From positions 85,312,001 through 85,376,000 of the forward strand of contig OX597824.1 of NCBI GenBank assembly GCA_951406725.2: 64,000 nucleotides of DNA, written 5' to 3'. A model generated the notes under the pieces. The model was not told the origin of the DNA. It did not search any database and saw only the letters and a list, made by a program, of their open reading frames with translations. Source of the DNA: Octopus vulgaris (lineage: Eukaryota). This document shows positions 40,838-54,630 of this stretch, piece by piece. Both the position numbers and the translations under genes were made by a program. The first letter of the stretch is position 1. Each line of letters begins with the position of its first letter.

Positions 40838-42289
40838 AATATTGACTCGGTAACTTATAGAACTTATAAGATCGTTCTTATAGTTCTATTTTCGGATTTG
40901 GTTTGCACTTTTCTAAATTCATCGACGGTGCTTTTCTTTGGAAAAGCCACGCGAAACTTAGTCAATGATAATCTGATTATGCGAAATGAAAATGAAACAT
41001 AATGTAGTTGTTGAGAAAACAGTTTCAACTCTTTGCATTGTTATGGTTAATGAGAGAAAAACTTCCGTCCATCACCTTGCAATATTTTTTGCCTATGTTA
41101 TGAATAGAGAGACATCTGACACTGAAGAATCACCAGACATTTGAAACTGAAGAAACTGAAGAAACTGAAGGGACTGAAGAATCGCGAAGTTTCTGAGTGG
41201 GAAAACAGTTAGTATTCATCAGTGATAGTTTCAACCAATCAAATAATAACTATACACATACACATTCACGTCACTCCGAAATGCATGAACTCACCTGCTG
41301 ATCGCATTGGCGTGAAACTCAAGTGACCAGATTAACAGTCGGTTTCAATAATATTCGTCCGTCCGACTGTCTGTCTCTCTATTTTTAAATAACGCTTACA
41401 GATATTTACCCATCGATATGTAATATACATATAATATATTATATACACCACCTGTATTAGTTTGTCTACGTCCCCTTAATCTAGCTCTTCGGCATAAGAG
41501 AGTAATAGAATAAGCACCAGGTTTTGAAAAAATAAGTACTGGAGTCGTTTCGTTCGACGAAAACCTTTGAAAAAGACGCTTCAGCATGGCTCAATTACTG
41601 AAATAAGCAAAATACGAAAGATACGTAAAATATACATTGACACGTAAATATACTCATGTATATTTACATAAACATTAGCCCTTAAATGCTTATATGCATT
41701 TGTATGCGCGTGTGCATGCGTGCAAACGTGTATATGCGTGCATTTGTGTACGCACAGGGATAGGGGCACATTATGTTCGGCGGTTTCATCGAAATTCATT
41801 TACTTTACTATAAATATATCGCCTGGTAATTTAATCTCTAGTAATATCATTGCAGATTAATTAGATCACAAGGCGGTAATTGAATTGTTAGAGATTTTAC
41901 TTTCAGCGTAAATATTTGTGAGCGTTATTTAAACTCTTTTATTTGCAGGATAAATACTTCGCATATCAAAAGCAATGATAAATTCAAAGGTAATGTTATT
42001 AACGTTAAATTTATAGAATACGCAACGTGATATGACAAAGTTACTTTAGGAGACGAAGACACTTTTAGAAATTTTACCCCTCTCAGAAATGTAATGCAAA
42101 CAGAAAACTCTAATTAAAAATGGAAGATGAAAGAATAATGAAGAATCTCAAGACAAGCTGATCAATGACTCTTAAATAATCCATTATTTCGCTATATCCC
42201 TTGATTATGCTTTGATTTTTTGTTGTTTTTTCTCTCTTTTATTTAATCTACCAGTTTCTCCCCCCCCCACTCTCGTGACATATATTTAT

Positions 42290-42492
42290 ACACAAGTAAG
42301 CTTATAAATGCAAAACAAGGTGGAAAAAATATTACTCGAATACCAAGGGTAGGGTAACATACTTTGTGTTAAAACCAGAAAAATCTTCACAAACTGTTAC
42401 TCAGAGTTTAACGTTACCATTCGTAGGACTGTTCCGATGAATGGTAACGTGCAACTCTGGGTAACAGTTTGAAAAGATATTTTCGGCTTTAA
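42290..42492. mobile_element. PLE-like palindromic remnant with hammerhead-like motif
   Basis: Inverted repeat at 42391-42470; same family as 45365-45520 and 46695-46770. Confidence 0.65.
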
Positions 42493-42511
42493 AGTATCTA
42501 TCTATCCATAA

Positions 42512-42585
<74 letters not shown>

Positions 42586-42854
42586 AAATATATGCCAGTG
42601 GGGAGATGGCGATGAGCACACGCACGCATGTGAATATTATAAAATTATTATTTTGTTATTTTTCCCTTTTCTTCATATGGGAGCAGAAAGCAGTGGCTGT
42701 GCTGAGGTAGAAGAGATAAAGAGAGAAAGCAAGTATATGCATGTGTATGTATGTATGTATGTATGTATGTATGTATGTATGTATGTATGTATGTATGTAT
42801 GTATGTATGTGTGTGTGTACATACATATATACATACATACATGCATACATATGT

Positions 42855-43190
42855 AGAAAAACTGTGCAGTTGTGAAAATTAGCTGAAGCTGAACTATTGA
42901 GAAATCTTCAGTCACTCTACCCAGATTACAACTTCAGATTTATACCTGTAATTATTGGGGCCCTGGGATATGTAACACACTGCCTAAATGCCAATTTTGA
43001 GAAATTAGGCTTCTCAAAGCCAGAAAGGAGAAAGCTAATTCGGAGACTACAGATCCAATCCATCACTGGAACTATAAATATCTGTAAAACTTTCCAGAAG
43101 TTTATCATTTAAATATATATGAGCATGTCTAGATATGCAACTATATGCATGGGAATACATACATAAAGCAAAACATGCAAATCTGCACAC
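42855..43190 (+). mobile_element. R4/Dong-like (RLE) non-LTR retrotransposon 3' fragment
   Basis: ELLRNLQSLYPDYNFRFIPVIIGALGYVT...LQIQSITGTINICKTFQKFII* matches the C-terminal PxxIGALG motif of restriction-like-endonuclease LINEs; flanked by (CATA)n. Confidence 0.75.
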
Positions 43191-43299
43191 ATACATACAT
43201 ACATACATACATACATACACACATGCATACATACATACATACATACATACATACACATAAACATATATACATACATACACACGTACATACATACATACA

Positions 43300-43331
<32 letters not shown>

Positions 43332-43434
43332 CATACACACATACATACACATAAACATATATACATACATACATACGTACATACATACATACATACATAC
43401 ATACATACATACATACATACATACATACATACAC

Positions 43435-43783
43435 CTGAGTCTGAGACCCCCTTCGGTCACGACACTGACCATGGGATTGCACCTAGAAAGTTACCCTCCC
43501 AGGCACAATTCCGGGCAAGGTTGTTTATGGATCCCAGCAGTCGCCCATGCATACCGGCCTCCCCACGCCACGCCACGCCACTAGTGTTATCCAAGGGAAA
43601 GGCAAAGGCCGATACAGCTTGGCACCTGTGACGTCGCAACTCATTTCTACAGCTGAGTGAACTGGAGCAACGTGAATTAAAGTGTCTTGCTCAAGAACAC
43701 AAACGCGCAGCCTGGTCCGGGATTCGAGCTCACAACCTCACGATCGTAAGCTCGACGCTCTAACCACTGAGCCATGCGCCTTC
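43435..43783 (-). mobile_element. SINE C, tail type 3
   Basis: Shared head and CORE-like block; distinct tail also seen in the fragment at 48470-48595. Confidence 0.8.
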
Positions 43784-44625
43784 ACTCATACATTGATGGC
43801 TGCCCCCTCGTTATCGAGTATGGCCATTACACGAGACTTAACTGTTATTGGTGCTATGATCGAATGTGAATTTTATTTGCTTTTTAAGGCTACAGCCAGC
43901 CATTCAGTTGAGACTCACAGCACCATCAACAATCATGAACAATGTTGTTATCGTGCAATGCCTGTGCAAGAAGATTTTTTTTAAAGTGAGGAAAGGCTGT
44001 ATACATACATACATACATACATACATACATACATACATACATACATACATACACACATACATACACATATACATACATACATACATACATACATACATAC
44101 ATACATACATACATACATACATACATACACATACATACACATACATACATACATACATACATACATACATACATACATACATACATACATACATACATAC
44201 ACACATACATACACATATACATACATACATACATACATACATACATACATACATACATACATACATACATACATACATACCCACCCTGTTGTTGATGCTG
44301 AAATTCCAATGAAGAAGCCTTGGATCTGACTTAGAAATCGGCTCTTTTTCTACTGAGAAGAAATCTTGAAATAATACTGAATATTGACATAATACGAACA
44401 TACATACGTACATACACACAATGTACGTAGAAAATTTCTGTTTCGCCTGAGGGCTTATTTCAACCCGGCCGATTATATAAACCGCCATGCGAAACTAAAA
44501 ATCCTAGTCAAAATGATTTTCACCAATGAAAAATAAGAAGGAAAAAAAAAAAGCAGAAGAAAAAAGGATTAGATTCTTCTGATGTTACTATTGGAATTGC
44601 TTTAACATAAACTCAAGTAAATATC

Positions 44626-44695
<70 letters not shown>

Positions 44696-44918
44696 TCAGA
44701 TGCTATAAAATCCATGGTGTATATAACTAAATGGTATTATTTTAGTTATTATTGTTATGCATCCACAGAACCTTGGTACCGACCTACATTCGTGGTACTC
44801 TGGAGATAACTGACACACACAAATACCAATTATAAATAATACTAAGCTACTAAGTACTTCTAAATCACTCAACATTTCATAGACATATTTATATTCTACG
44901 TACTAAGCAATAACTACC

Positions 44919-45229
44919 ATAAAGTGTTAAAGCAACTCTAGGAATTACAGAAAGGTAGTTTATTACTTTCGAATGGCTTATACTTAAATGCCCAACAGAA
45001 CGGAAAATAATCTAGTTAATTCCCATCCCCGTAACTCTAGCACTCATCAAACACATACACACTTTAATACATTGACATATCACCCCCGCCTCTCTCTATG
45101 TATGTAAATATTATGTACATATGTATGTTCATATATACGTATATTCATATATATATGTATTAAATACACACTCACACACACACACACATATAAGACTTCG
45201 ATGTATGCTTACACGAATATATATGCTCT

Positions 45230-45264
<35 letters not shown>

Positions 45265-45266
45265 CA

Positions 45267-45304
<38 letters not shown>

Positions 45305-45333
45305 CATGCACGCACAAATGTATACATATACAA

Positions 45334-45366
<33 letters not shown>

Positions 45367-45515
45367 GGAGTAAACACATAAATGTGAAACAAGGTGGAAA
45401 AAAGAGTACTCAAATACCAGTGGTAGAGTAATATGCTTTATTTAAAGCAGCAGAAAATTCAACAAAATCTGTTAGAGTAACAGATTTTGTTGAATTTTCT
45501 GCTGCTTTAAATAAA

Positions 45516-45556
<41 letters not shown>

Positions 45557-45621
45557 TGTATATGTATACATTTGTGTGTGCGTGTGTGTGAGTGTGTATT
45601 TAATATATATATGAATATACG

Positions 45622-45676
<55 letters not shown>

Positions 45677-45688
45677 GTATATACATAC

Positions 45689-45726
<38 letters not shown>

Positions 45727-45837
45727 TAGATAAATGGTACAACAATGCACCAATATTTACTGGAAAATTGGAATCGTAATAAATACGACGCTATCTTTTA
45801 CTGGAGAGTAATACATTCGTATTGCATTATTATTTTC

Positions 45838-45872
<35 letters not shown>

Positions 45873-46082
45873 CATACATATGCACATAATATTTATATAC
45901 ATAGAGAGAGAGGCAGGTGATATGTCAAAGTATTAAAGTGTGTAATGTGTTTGATGAGTGCTAGAGTTACGGGGATGGGAATTAACTAGATTATTTTCCG
46001 TTCCGTTGGGCATTTAAGTATAAGCCATTGGAAAGTAATAATCTACCTTTTCGTAATTCCTGGAGCCGCTTTAACACTTTAT
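44919..46082. repeat. Inverted duplication (~215-bp arms) around a microsatellite spacer
   Basis: 44919-45135 is the reverse complement of ~45865-46082 with scattered mismatches. Confidence 0.88.
45436..45516. repeat. Perfect 39-bp inverted repeat with 3-nt loop
   Basis: CTTTATTTAAAGCAGCAGAAAATTCAACAAAATCTGTTA-GAG-reverse complement. Confidence 0.95.
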
Positions 46083-46116
46083 ATATATATATATATATTT
46101 AGAAATATTATATATG

Positions 46117-46178
<62 letters not shown>

Positions 46179-46544
46179 AATGGGTGCTCAAAAATTCTTA
46201 GCTTTTAGGGTGTCGCACACACACACACACACACACACACAAATTGTTTTAGTTCGAAGTGTAACTGTATCAAAAGTACATGAATATCACAGGAAACTAC
46301 GTCTGCGTTCTAGTTGGCCTTGTAATAAACAGTCCATCAATTTCGTATCATCGGCCGGAACTGAATAATGAGGAACTCAAATTTATCCAAATTATATATT
46401 TTAGCGACAGTGAAGTCAGGAGATAGAAAATCTGGTGTAACTTCATAAATATTCAAATGACCCATATTAAGTGTCGTAAGCCTCGTCAGCAGGCGTCAAC
46501 AAACATTGCGAAGGCAGTCTTTGGATCTTCGGAGAGTATATTCA

Positions 46545-46651
<107 letters not shown>

Positions 46652-46798
46652 ATCTATGTATGTATGCAGATGCATGTATGAATGTATGTATATATACTTT
46701 TGTATTAAAGCTGTGAAAACATCACAAAAACTGCTACTCAGAATTTCGCTTTCTGTTCGTCGGACAGTTGTGATCATTTTTGATCACACACACACACA

Positions 46799-46863
<65 letters not shown>

Positions 46864-46880
46864 ACACACACATATATATA

Positions 46881-47696
46881 CAGGGTGCAGTGAATAAATT
46901 GTCGTCTAAATTACGCAGAAATGAAAATAACACTGACATCTCTTTTTAACAGATATATTTGCCAAAGTTACATAAAAACATCTTAAAATACTACAGTAAA
47001 TTTATTCAATAACATCGACATTGGCTTCAACCACGGTGTCTACACGACTTCGGAATCCCCTGCAACTCTTCTGGACGGTCTCCTTGTTTAAGTTGGTGAA
47101 TGCTGCCACAATCCTTGCCTTCAGTTTATCTTTGGTGTTACAAGGAGTTTTGTTGTTCTCTCGCTCATCTGCGCCCAACGCATAATAATCAAGGAGTTTG
47201 CAGTCTGTGGAGGTAGGTGGCTAAATGCTAGGGGTGATGTGGTCGCAGAAATTGTCTGACAGCCATGACTGGGTTCTCCTGGTTGTGTGGCATGTTGCAG
47301 AGTCCTGTTCCCAGACATAGGTCTTCCAGCAGCCACCCTCTGGGACCAGGGCAGCACTACCTCCTCCAGGCACTTGATGTAGGCCTCTGTGTTGAGTCTG
47401 AGGCCGTGATCACTCCAAACACCATGATGTTCAATGGATGTTTGATTTTTATCACTCTCGGTACACGCTCTCAGATTGACGCTTAAACACTCTGAAATAT
47501 TCGTATTGGAGCTTCCGACACGAATGCCAAGTAGTACAGCATGTCGTTTCCAAATTTTTGGCAGAATAAATTGCTTCATGGTGCTGTTTTTCTCACAGAC
47601 GGTGCTCAACTGTGTATTCGACAAAGTCCAAAGTAAACAATGCGCATGCGCAAAATTAAAAATATAAAATGGCGACAATGTACCCATCGCGCCCTG
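46881..47696 (-). mobile_element. DD37D/maT transposon, copy 2 (816 bp, two further deletions)
   Basis: TA|CAGGGTGCAGTGAATAAATTGTCG...CGACAATGTACCCATCGCGCCCTG|TA; retains PPTSTDCKLLDYY with D3 intact. Confidence 0.92.
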
Positions 47697-47899
47697 TATA
47701 CACACACACACACACACACATATAGCATAAATATAGGTATGTGTATGCTTATAAGTGTTTGTATATGCTTATGATATATATATATATGCTTGGACATCTG
47801 TCTGTCTCTATCTATCTATCTATGTCTCTGTCTGTCTGTCTGTCTCTCTCTATGTGCGTGTGTAGTCTGATTTTCAACAAGTAACATAGTAGTATAGCA

Positions 47900-48210
47900 C
47901 TCGATCAGTTAAGAGAATATAAAGATACAGAAACCAACTTTCGACCTTTGGACACGCCGACAAGAGACAATGCAACGACCCTCTCGGCATTAATCGGAAA
48001 ATTTCTATTTGATGTTATAGCCGACGAGAACATTAGCTACAACATCAAATGGAAGATTCTTTCTAAGACCAAACGTTATATTAACGGGTCAAAAAGATGT
48101 TCCATATGCTCGTATTTTAAAAACCCTAAGAATCTTTACTGACTGTAAAAAACAGAAGCGAGATTTTTTCTTCATGTTCGCATGTTACAAAATACATCTT
48201 AGCGGAAATT
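47900..48210 (+). pseudogene. Penelope-like (Neptune-type) GIY-YIG endonuclease C-terminal remnant
   Basis: RYRNQLSTF...NATTLS...SYNIKWKILSKTKRYINGSKRCSIC...NRSEIFSSCSH across frameshifts fits the PLE C-terminal pattern. Confidence 0.75.
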
Positions 48211-49189
48211 AAGGATAACCCACAGGACACATCATAAACTATTGCAATGTTGGTTTATATATTTTTCGATATTCATAAGACTGTGAAGTTAATTATCTCC
48301 CCAGTGTTTCTTTCTATAATTTTTTAAATGCGCGAGCTCATTCAAACGTTAATTGCATCGAACGCAGTAATTAAACCGACTTGTTGTTTTATCAGCTAGT
48401 TAAATAGTAAAAAAAAAAATGATATTTCAACCAAGAAACCCTGGTTAGCTGTATCTCACAAAACTTTTTGTTATCCAAGGGAAAGGCAAAGGCCGATACA
48501 GCTTGGCACCTGTGACGTCGCAAACTCATTTCTACAGCTGAGTGAACTGGAGTAACGTGAAATGAAGTGTCTTGCTCAAGAACACAACACGCAGCGTGCT
48601 GGCGTGTCTTAAAAGTCATTAAAGGCGTTTCCCAGTGCCCCCAAATTTTCAACCTAAGGTAGTGAATTGTTTGTTTTTCTTCTTTTCACTCTTATGAAAT
48701 ATATTTAAGCATGAAAACATTTTATATTTCAAAGATATCAACGAGAATCATGAAAACATAAAAATTTGTAGAAATCATTGAATGTAGACTATAAAGGAAA
48801 GATAGTGAAATAATTACACCACAAATTACTTGAACCGATGGATTTATAACTGAAGTGATAATACAACGGTTATTCAAACAAATCGTTTTTCTTCATCTTT
48901 GACCATCTGTTATTTCTCTCAAGTTAGGGACGCCAGTAGTACACTATCCAACGTGTTTTTATCTTAGAAATTTGAGCGTGGCCTGAGGAAATTTGGTTGG
49001 TACTTCTTGCAAGTGGACGAGCACATTGGACGATCATAACGATGGTGTTCAACTGGTATTAGATATTAACGCAAAAATAGAACTATATTTGTGACGAGCC
49101 CCACGAAGCAATAACGAATAGTGGAACAGAATTTGTGTATTTTAATGAAATGTAAAGTAATTCTATTTTTCACAGTGTTATTACTATAT

Positions 49190-49389
49190 TCTTTTACTTG
49201 TTTCAATCATTTGACTGCGGCCATGCTGGAGCACCGCCTTTAGTCGAGCAAATCGACCCAGGGACTTATTCTTTGTAAGCCCAGTACTTATTCTATCGGT
49301 CTCTTTTGCCGAACCGCTAAGTGACGGGGACGTAAACACACCAGCATCGGTTGTCAAGCAATGCTAGAGGGACAAACACAGACACACAA

Positions 49390-49463
<74 letters not shown>

Positions 49464-49626
49464 GACGGGCTTTCTTTCAGTTTCCGTCTACCAAATCCAC
49501 TCACAAGACTTTGGTCGGCCCGAGGCTATAGCAAAAGACACTTGCCCAAGGTGCCACGCAGTGGGACTGAACCCGGAACCATGTGGTTGGTAAGCAAGCT
49601 ACTTACCACACAGCCACTCCTGCGCC
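49190..49626 (-). mobile_element. SINE A, full length
   Basis: Near-identical to 59688-60097, with expanded internal (CA)n(TA)n. Confidence 0.92.
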
Positions 49627-50434
49627 TGTGTATGATAATCTGTTTTGAAAATCAAAGAAGTATCAATAAAACCGAATGGTGTTATTTAGAACGGATTTCA
49701 CTGAAAATTCTGATTAAGCAAAATAAAGAACCTCATTAGAAAGTAAAGATGAATATGAATGAGTTGCCAAATAGAGCCCACCAAACACTATAAAGTTCGA
49801 CATCTACGAATCTGCAACAAGTTTTCTTTTTCCCAACTATTTCCGGCGATTAGATTCATAAGTACGAACACAAGGTTTTGTTTCTATAACGAGCAGCACT
49901 CTTAAAGTAGAAGTAGAGTCAAAGAGGTAGCCTCCCCGTACGTCATGATCTATGCATCGAATTATGTGACCCGGTTTTGGTCTCCAGTTGAAACCATCTT
50001 AACTCCTGCACGTGTGCTGCAAAAACGGAAGGAAGTTGAGACGAGTCAAGAATAATTTTAAATAATATTAACATTCATACACGCACTTACTACCTTTCAC
50101 TTTCTTCTTTCCATTCCATATGCTCCATCAATAACTGTATTCCTTCGTACATGCTATCATCTCATATATACGATTCCACACCAGTACACTGCTATACACG
50201 TACACAGACCACATAAACATACGTTCAACACACAAACACACACCACAAGCACATCACTCTCCTATGCCTGCTTCCAAACAAAGATTCACTCCGATACTTA
50301 CATGAACACACCCACCCCTCCATCTTCTGAATTTCTTCCACATAACAGCATTCCCATTTGGTTTCTAAATCTTCACTTTCTTATCTTTAAGTAAATATTT
50401 TCCCTTTTCACTTCCTCTATGTTTCTCCTTTTCT

Positions 50435-50474
50435 TTTCTCCTGATGAAGTACTAATACTCGAAACGTTAAGGAA
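50435..50474 (+). ncRNA. Minimal hammerhead-like motif (canonical core) in a probable PLE pLTR
   Basis: CTGATGA-AGTA-CTAA-TACT-C-GAAACGTT with palindromic AACGTT stem III; stem I imperfect. Confidence 0.5.
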
Positions 50475-51396
50475 TCCTTTTTTTCCATCTAAGAGTTAAA
50501 CTAATGCCATACTTGTTAAACTTTGTTCTTCCTGTCTTGTTCATTTTAATGCGTATTGTTTTTACACCATATATTTAAAGCTTACGCTGACATCCGAGCA
50601 TTCTCTGCATACGACCCTCTGAATATTCTTTCGTGTGTATATGTGTGTGTGTGCGTGTGTGTGTGTATGCGCATGCATGCATACGTGCAAACACTTACAC
50701 ACACACATAGAAATATGTAAATTTATACATGCATATACTTTTATAGAGATAATCACACGTATAAGCTTTGTGAATATTTGTGTTCAGAAATTTTATATGC
50801 CTTAAAGAGGATGTACCTTTTACTATCTACTCAGAAATTAAGCGATCTAGCATTCCTCTTTTTATTATCGTTTTATTTCCTGGCATAATGTCAGCCATTT
50901 TGTTTTAGGCTTCTTAACTGACTTAATTACCATCAGTTGTTATCTGTGTGTGTGTGTTTGTTTGTGTGCGCGTGTGCGAAAGTGCGTGTGTGCATATGCG
51001 TCTCTATTATATCTGAGGGGTTTGTGAACGGCACACATTCCCCCAAATTCTGCATCATTTTAAGAATTGGTAAACACATATAAGACACTATTCTTACATC
51101 TACAATAGGGCCGAGGGAAAATATCATAAGGGTCTCCACTACATAATATAATGAGTTGTAAAACCTCAATAAGTTGTAAGTAGAAGACAAATTCTCCCTA
51201 TAGGAGGTGCTTAGAACCTAAAAAACAGCAACAATAAATAAAGGATATAACTCCACCGATATTAGTTATTTGAAATTTTTGGGAAATAAAGCCAGTGTAT
51301 TTCGGCGTGGATATTGTCTTTAAAGGCAGCTGAAGAAAGCAACGGGCATGTCTATTCAGAGTCAGCTACACTCAGTGATTATCTGTCTGTCAGTCA

Positions 51397-51508
<112 letters not shown>

Positions 51509-51687
51509 GTCTGTAGTTATGTGGTAAGAAGCTTGCTTCCAAACCACATGGTTCTGGGTTCAGTGCCACTGCGTGGAAACTTGGGCAAGTGCCTTCTTCT
51601 ATAGCCTTGGGCCGACCAAAGCCTCGTGATTTGAATTGGTAGACGGAAACTGAATGAGACCCGTAGTATATATATATATATATATAT

Positions 51688-52240
51688 GGTGGAGGCGCGT
51701 GACTCAGTGGTTAGGGTGTCAGCACCATGATCGTCAGATTGCGGTTTCGATTCCTGGACCGAGCGACGCGTTGTGTTCTTGAGCAAAACACTTCATTTCA
51801 CGTTGCTCCAGTCCACTCAGCTGGCAAAAATGAGTAACGCTGCGATAGACTGGCGTCCCGTCCAGCTGGGGAACACATACGCCATAGAAACCGGGAAACC
51901 GTGCCCATGAACCTGGCTAGGCTTTAAAAAGGGCGCAGTGGAGGTGCAATGGCCCAGTGGTTAGGGCAGCGGACTCGCGGTCGGAGGATTGCGGTTTCGA
52001 TTCCTAGACCGGGTGTTGTGTGTGTTTATTGAGTGAAAACACCTAAAAGCTCTACGAGTCTCCGGCAGGGGGTGGTGGCGACCCCTGTTGTACTCTTTCG
52101 CCCCAACTTTCTCTCACTCTCTCTTCCTGTTTCTTGAGTAACGCTGCGATGGGCTGGCGTCCCGTCAAGCTGGGGGGAACACATACGCCACAGAAACCGG
52201 GAAACCGGGCCCATGATCCTGGCTAGGCTTGAAAAGGGCG
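51688..52240 (+). mobile_element. Two head-to-tail SINE C-type elements sharing tail type 1
   Basis: 51688-51937 and 51938-52240 each have A/B boxes (CAGTGGTTAG, GTTTCGATTCC), different middles and the same GCTGCGAT..GGCGTCCCGTC...AGGGCG tail. Confidence 0.85.
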
Positions 52241-52711
52241 AAAGAAGAATGATTATATTTTAATGGTTAAATATTAAGAATTAATATAAAAAAAACTAAA
52301 ATATTTTTTATGTATTGTAGAAGTACAACCAATTTTTTGCACATAAATTTTAACAACAAAATCTTACATGGATCCCCACCAAGGATCATATGGATCTCGG
52401 TTGGGAACCGCTGCGGGGGAGTCTCACATATGTTATGCAGTGAGTAGTAAAACGACGATTAATTGAGAATATCCTCGCAACGGGAAACTTAATAATTCTT
52501 TCTATGTTTAAAATCTACAACAAGCACCAAGCTTATTACTCCAATAGCAGCAGCTAGTCTAAATTATGCTGTTACGAATGGATTATAACTTTATAGGTAA
52601 CTGGTAAAAAAAGCAATAAGCTTGTTTCGATTTTATTACATCTCTTCAAAGACGCGTATTCATCTCAGCTGGTTTAAAGGAAAACATAACGAATACAGGA
52701 AAGATTGTGAC

Positions 52712-53129
52712 CAGCGCTGGATTAAATATTAAGCAAAATAAGCACATGCTTAGAGTATCAAAAGAAGTGGGTGGAAGCACCACAGAAATGGTTAATGGTT
52801 TACGGCACAAAAGAAATCAAAAGTTGCTAAAATAATATTCGGGATGCCTTATCTCTAAGCATAGACGCAGATGTGTTACGTAAGATTAATTTTGAGGATC
52901 TGATCAAAGACTTTGCAATTAAAAAAAGTAGGGAAAACTTTTCAAATATAAATAGTGAAAGTATACAAAAATAAACATTATTTTCCCTGTTACTCATAAT
53001 TTTTTTTCATTTTGAAAAATAAAAATTTATTTTGTGGTAAATTATTGTTTCTAGTTTGAATTACATATATATGGTGATACCAAGATCTTTTAAGTGCTTA
53101 AGGGTTCTATGGGCTTTAATCCAGCCCTA
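52712..53129 (+). mobile_element. hAT (Tip100-like) deletion derivative
   Basis: TIRs CAGCGCTGGATTAA and TTAATCCAGCCCTA; 8-bp TSD attgtgac/gttgtgac; dimerisation-domain end DALSLSIDADVLRKINFEDLIKDFAIKKSR. Confidence 0.88.
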
Positions 53130-53307
53130 GTTGTGACCTTGATAATGAATATCAATAGGTATTTGGGAAAATACATCAGTGGGACGTTCTCAATGAGGTA
53201 GAGCCTAACACATAAAAGTAGTGAGGGTTAATATGAACTATGTATAACCATAAGCAATATGGATGAAGAGAAGTAACTCAAGGGAGTGTCTTGCAAGGGG
53301 TAGAGAT

Positions 53308-53345
<38 letters not shown>

Positions 53346-54586
53346 CAGACAGACAGAAGAAGAAAGAAGGAGAATCTAACTCAGTATAGGGCTGACATTT
53401 GTGGAACCTTAAAGAATGGAAGGCAAAGTTGAGTTCGGCGGAATTTGACTTCAGTGAGTAGAGAGTCAGAAAGAATACAGCAATGCATCATCTTTCGTAC
53501 ACTGCCAATTCACCATCTTAGTCTTAGAAAATACTGTGTGAAAATGGGATGGTCACGGTTGGAATTTCTTTGATTAATCAGGACAGGCCTATATCTAAAC
53601 AACAACGAATACAAGATAAAAAAACAAAAATAGAGAAGCAAATAAACACATTCTCTATCTCCGAGCGAGTGGTGTTATGTTAAAAAGAAGCAATTTAATA
53701 CATTTAAAAGCATCTCCCGCCATCAATCTCAGTGACGTAAACATATTTCCCTCGACAAGCCGACTTTGTTAACCGGTTTCGATTTCCACTGGAAACATGT
53801 TCACCCTTCGTTTCCCTATCTTCTCTCTTTCTCTTTCTCTTTCCCGTTACAAATATATAAGTTGAGCCCGTTAAACATATTTTTGTAGTTACAGTCCTGA
53901 TTGTTCTTCCATTTTAAAGTCCGAAGTGAGTATGCGTTTAATTTTATTTTACATTAATAGTCTTGATGTTTTCGATCAAGTTTTTCAACTGCCACTCCTG
54001 ACAAGATTTACTTGGCAGCTTCAGTAATATACAACCCTTTATTTTTTAACACAAACTTTCTCCAGATGTGATACTTGTGGATATTACAAGCATTTACGTT
54101 TTATTTATATTTTACTAAAAAGAAAAACAATTTTATTCACATAGTTTTAGGGAGTTTGTTATCTTCCTAAATTAGCAACTTAACTCTTTCATTTTGTTTC
54201 CTTTATTAAATTCATATGCTGCTTTTTCTTGAAGAGATATTCTTATTCTTTAAATAAGATTCATATGAAAACAAAGAAAGAAAGAAAGAAAGAGAGAGAG
54301 CAAGAAAGAGAAAGAATTCCTGTCTGAGAAGTAGAACCTTGTACTATTAAACAAAAATCATGGCTGGTCGGAAAAGTAAGACGGAGACAGTAGAGGATCG
54401 AACTAAATTATTTACTTTAAATTGATACATATATATATATATATATAGGCGTAGGAGTGACTGTGTGGTAAGTAGCTTGCTTACCAACCACATGCTAAGA
54501 ATAACAACGGAACATTAACGGATGGTTTCTCTCAAAACTGAAAGAAGATTCAGAATATTGTAAAGCTCGGTGCTGACAGGGACTTT

Positions 54587-54630
<44 letters not shown>

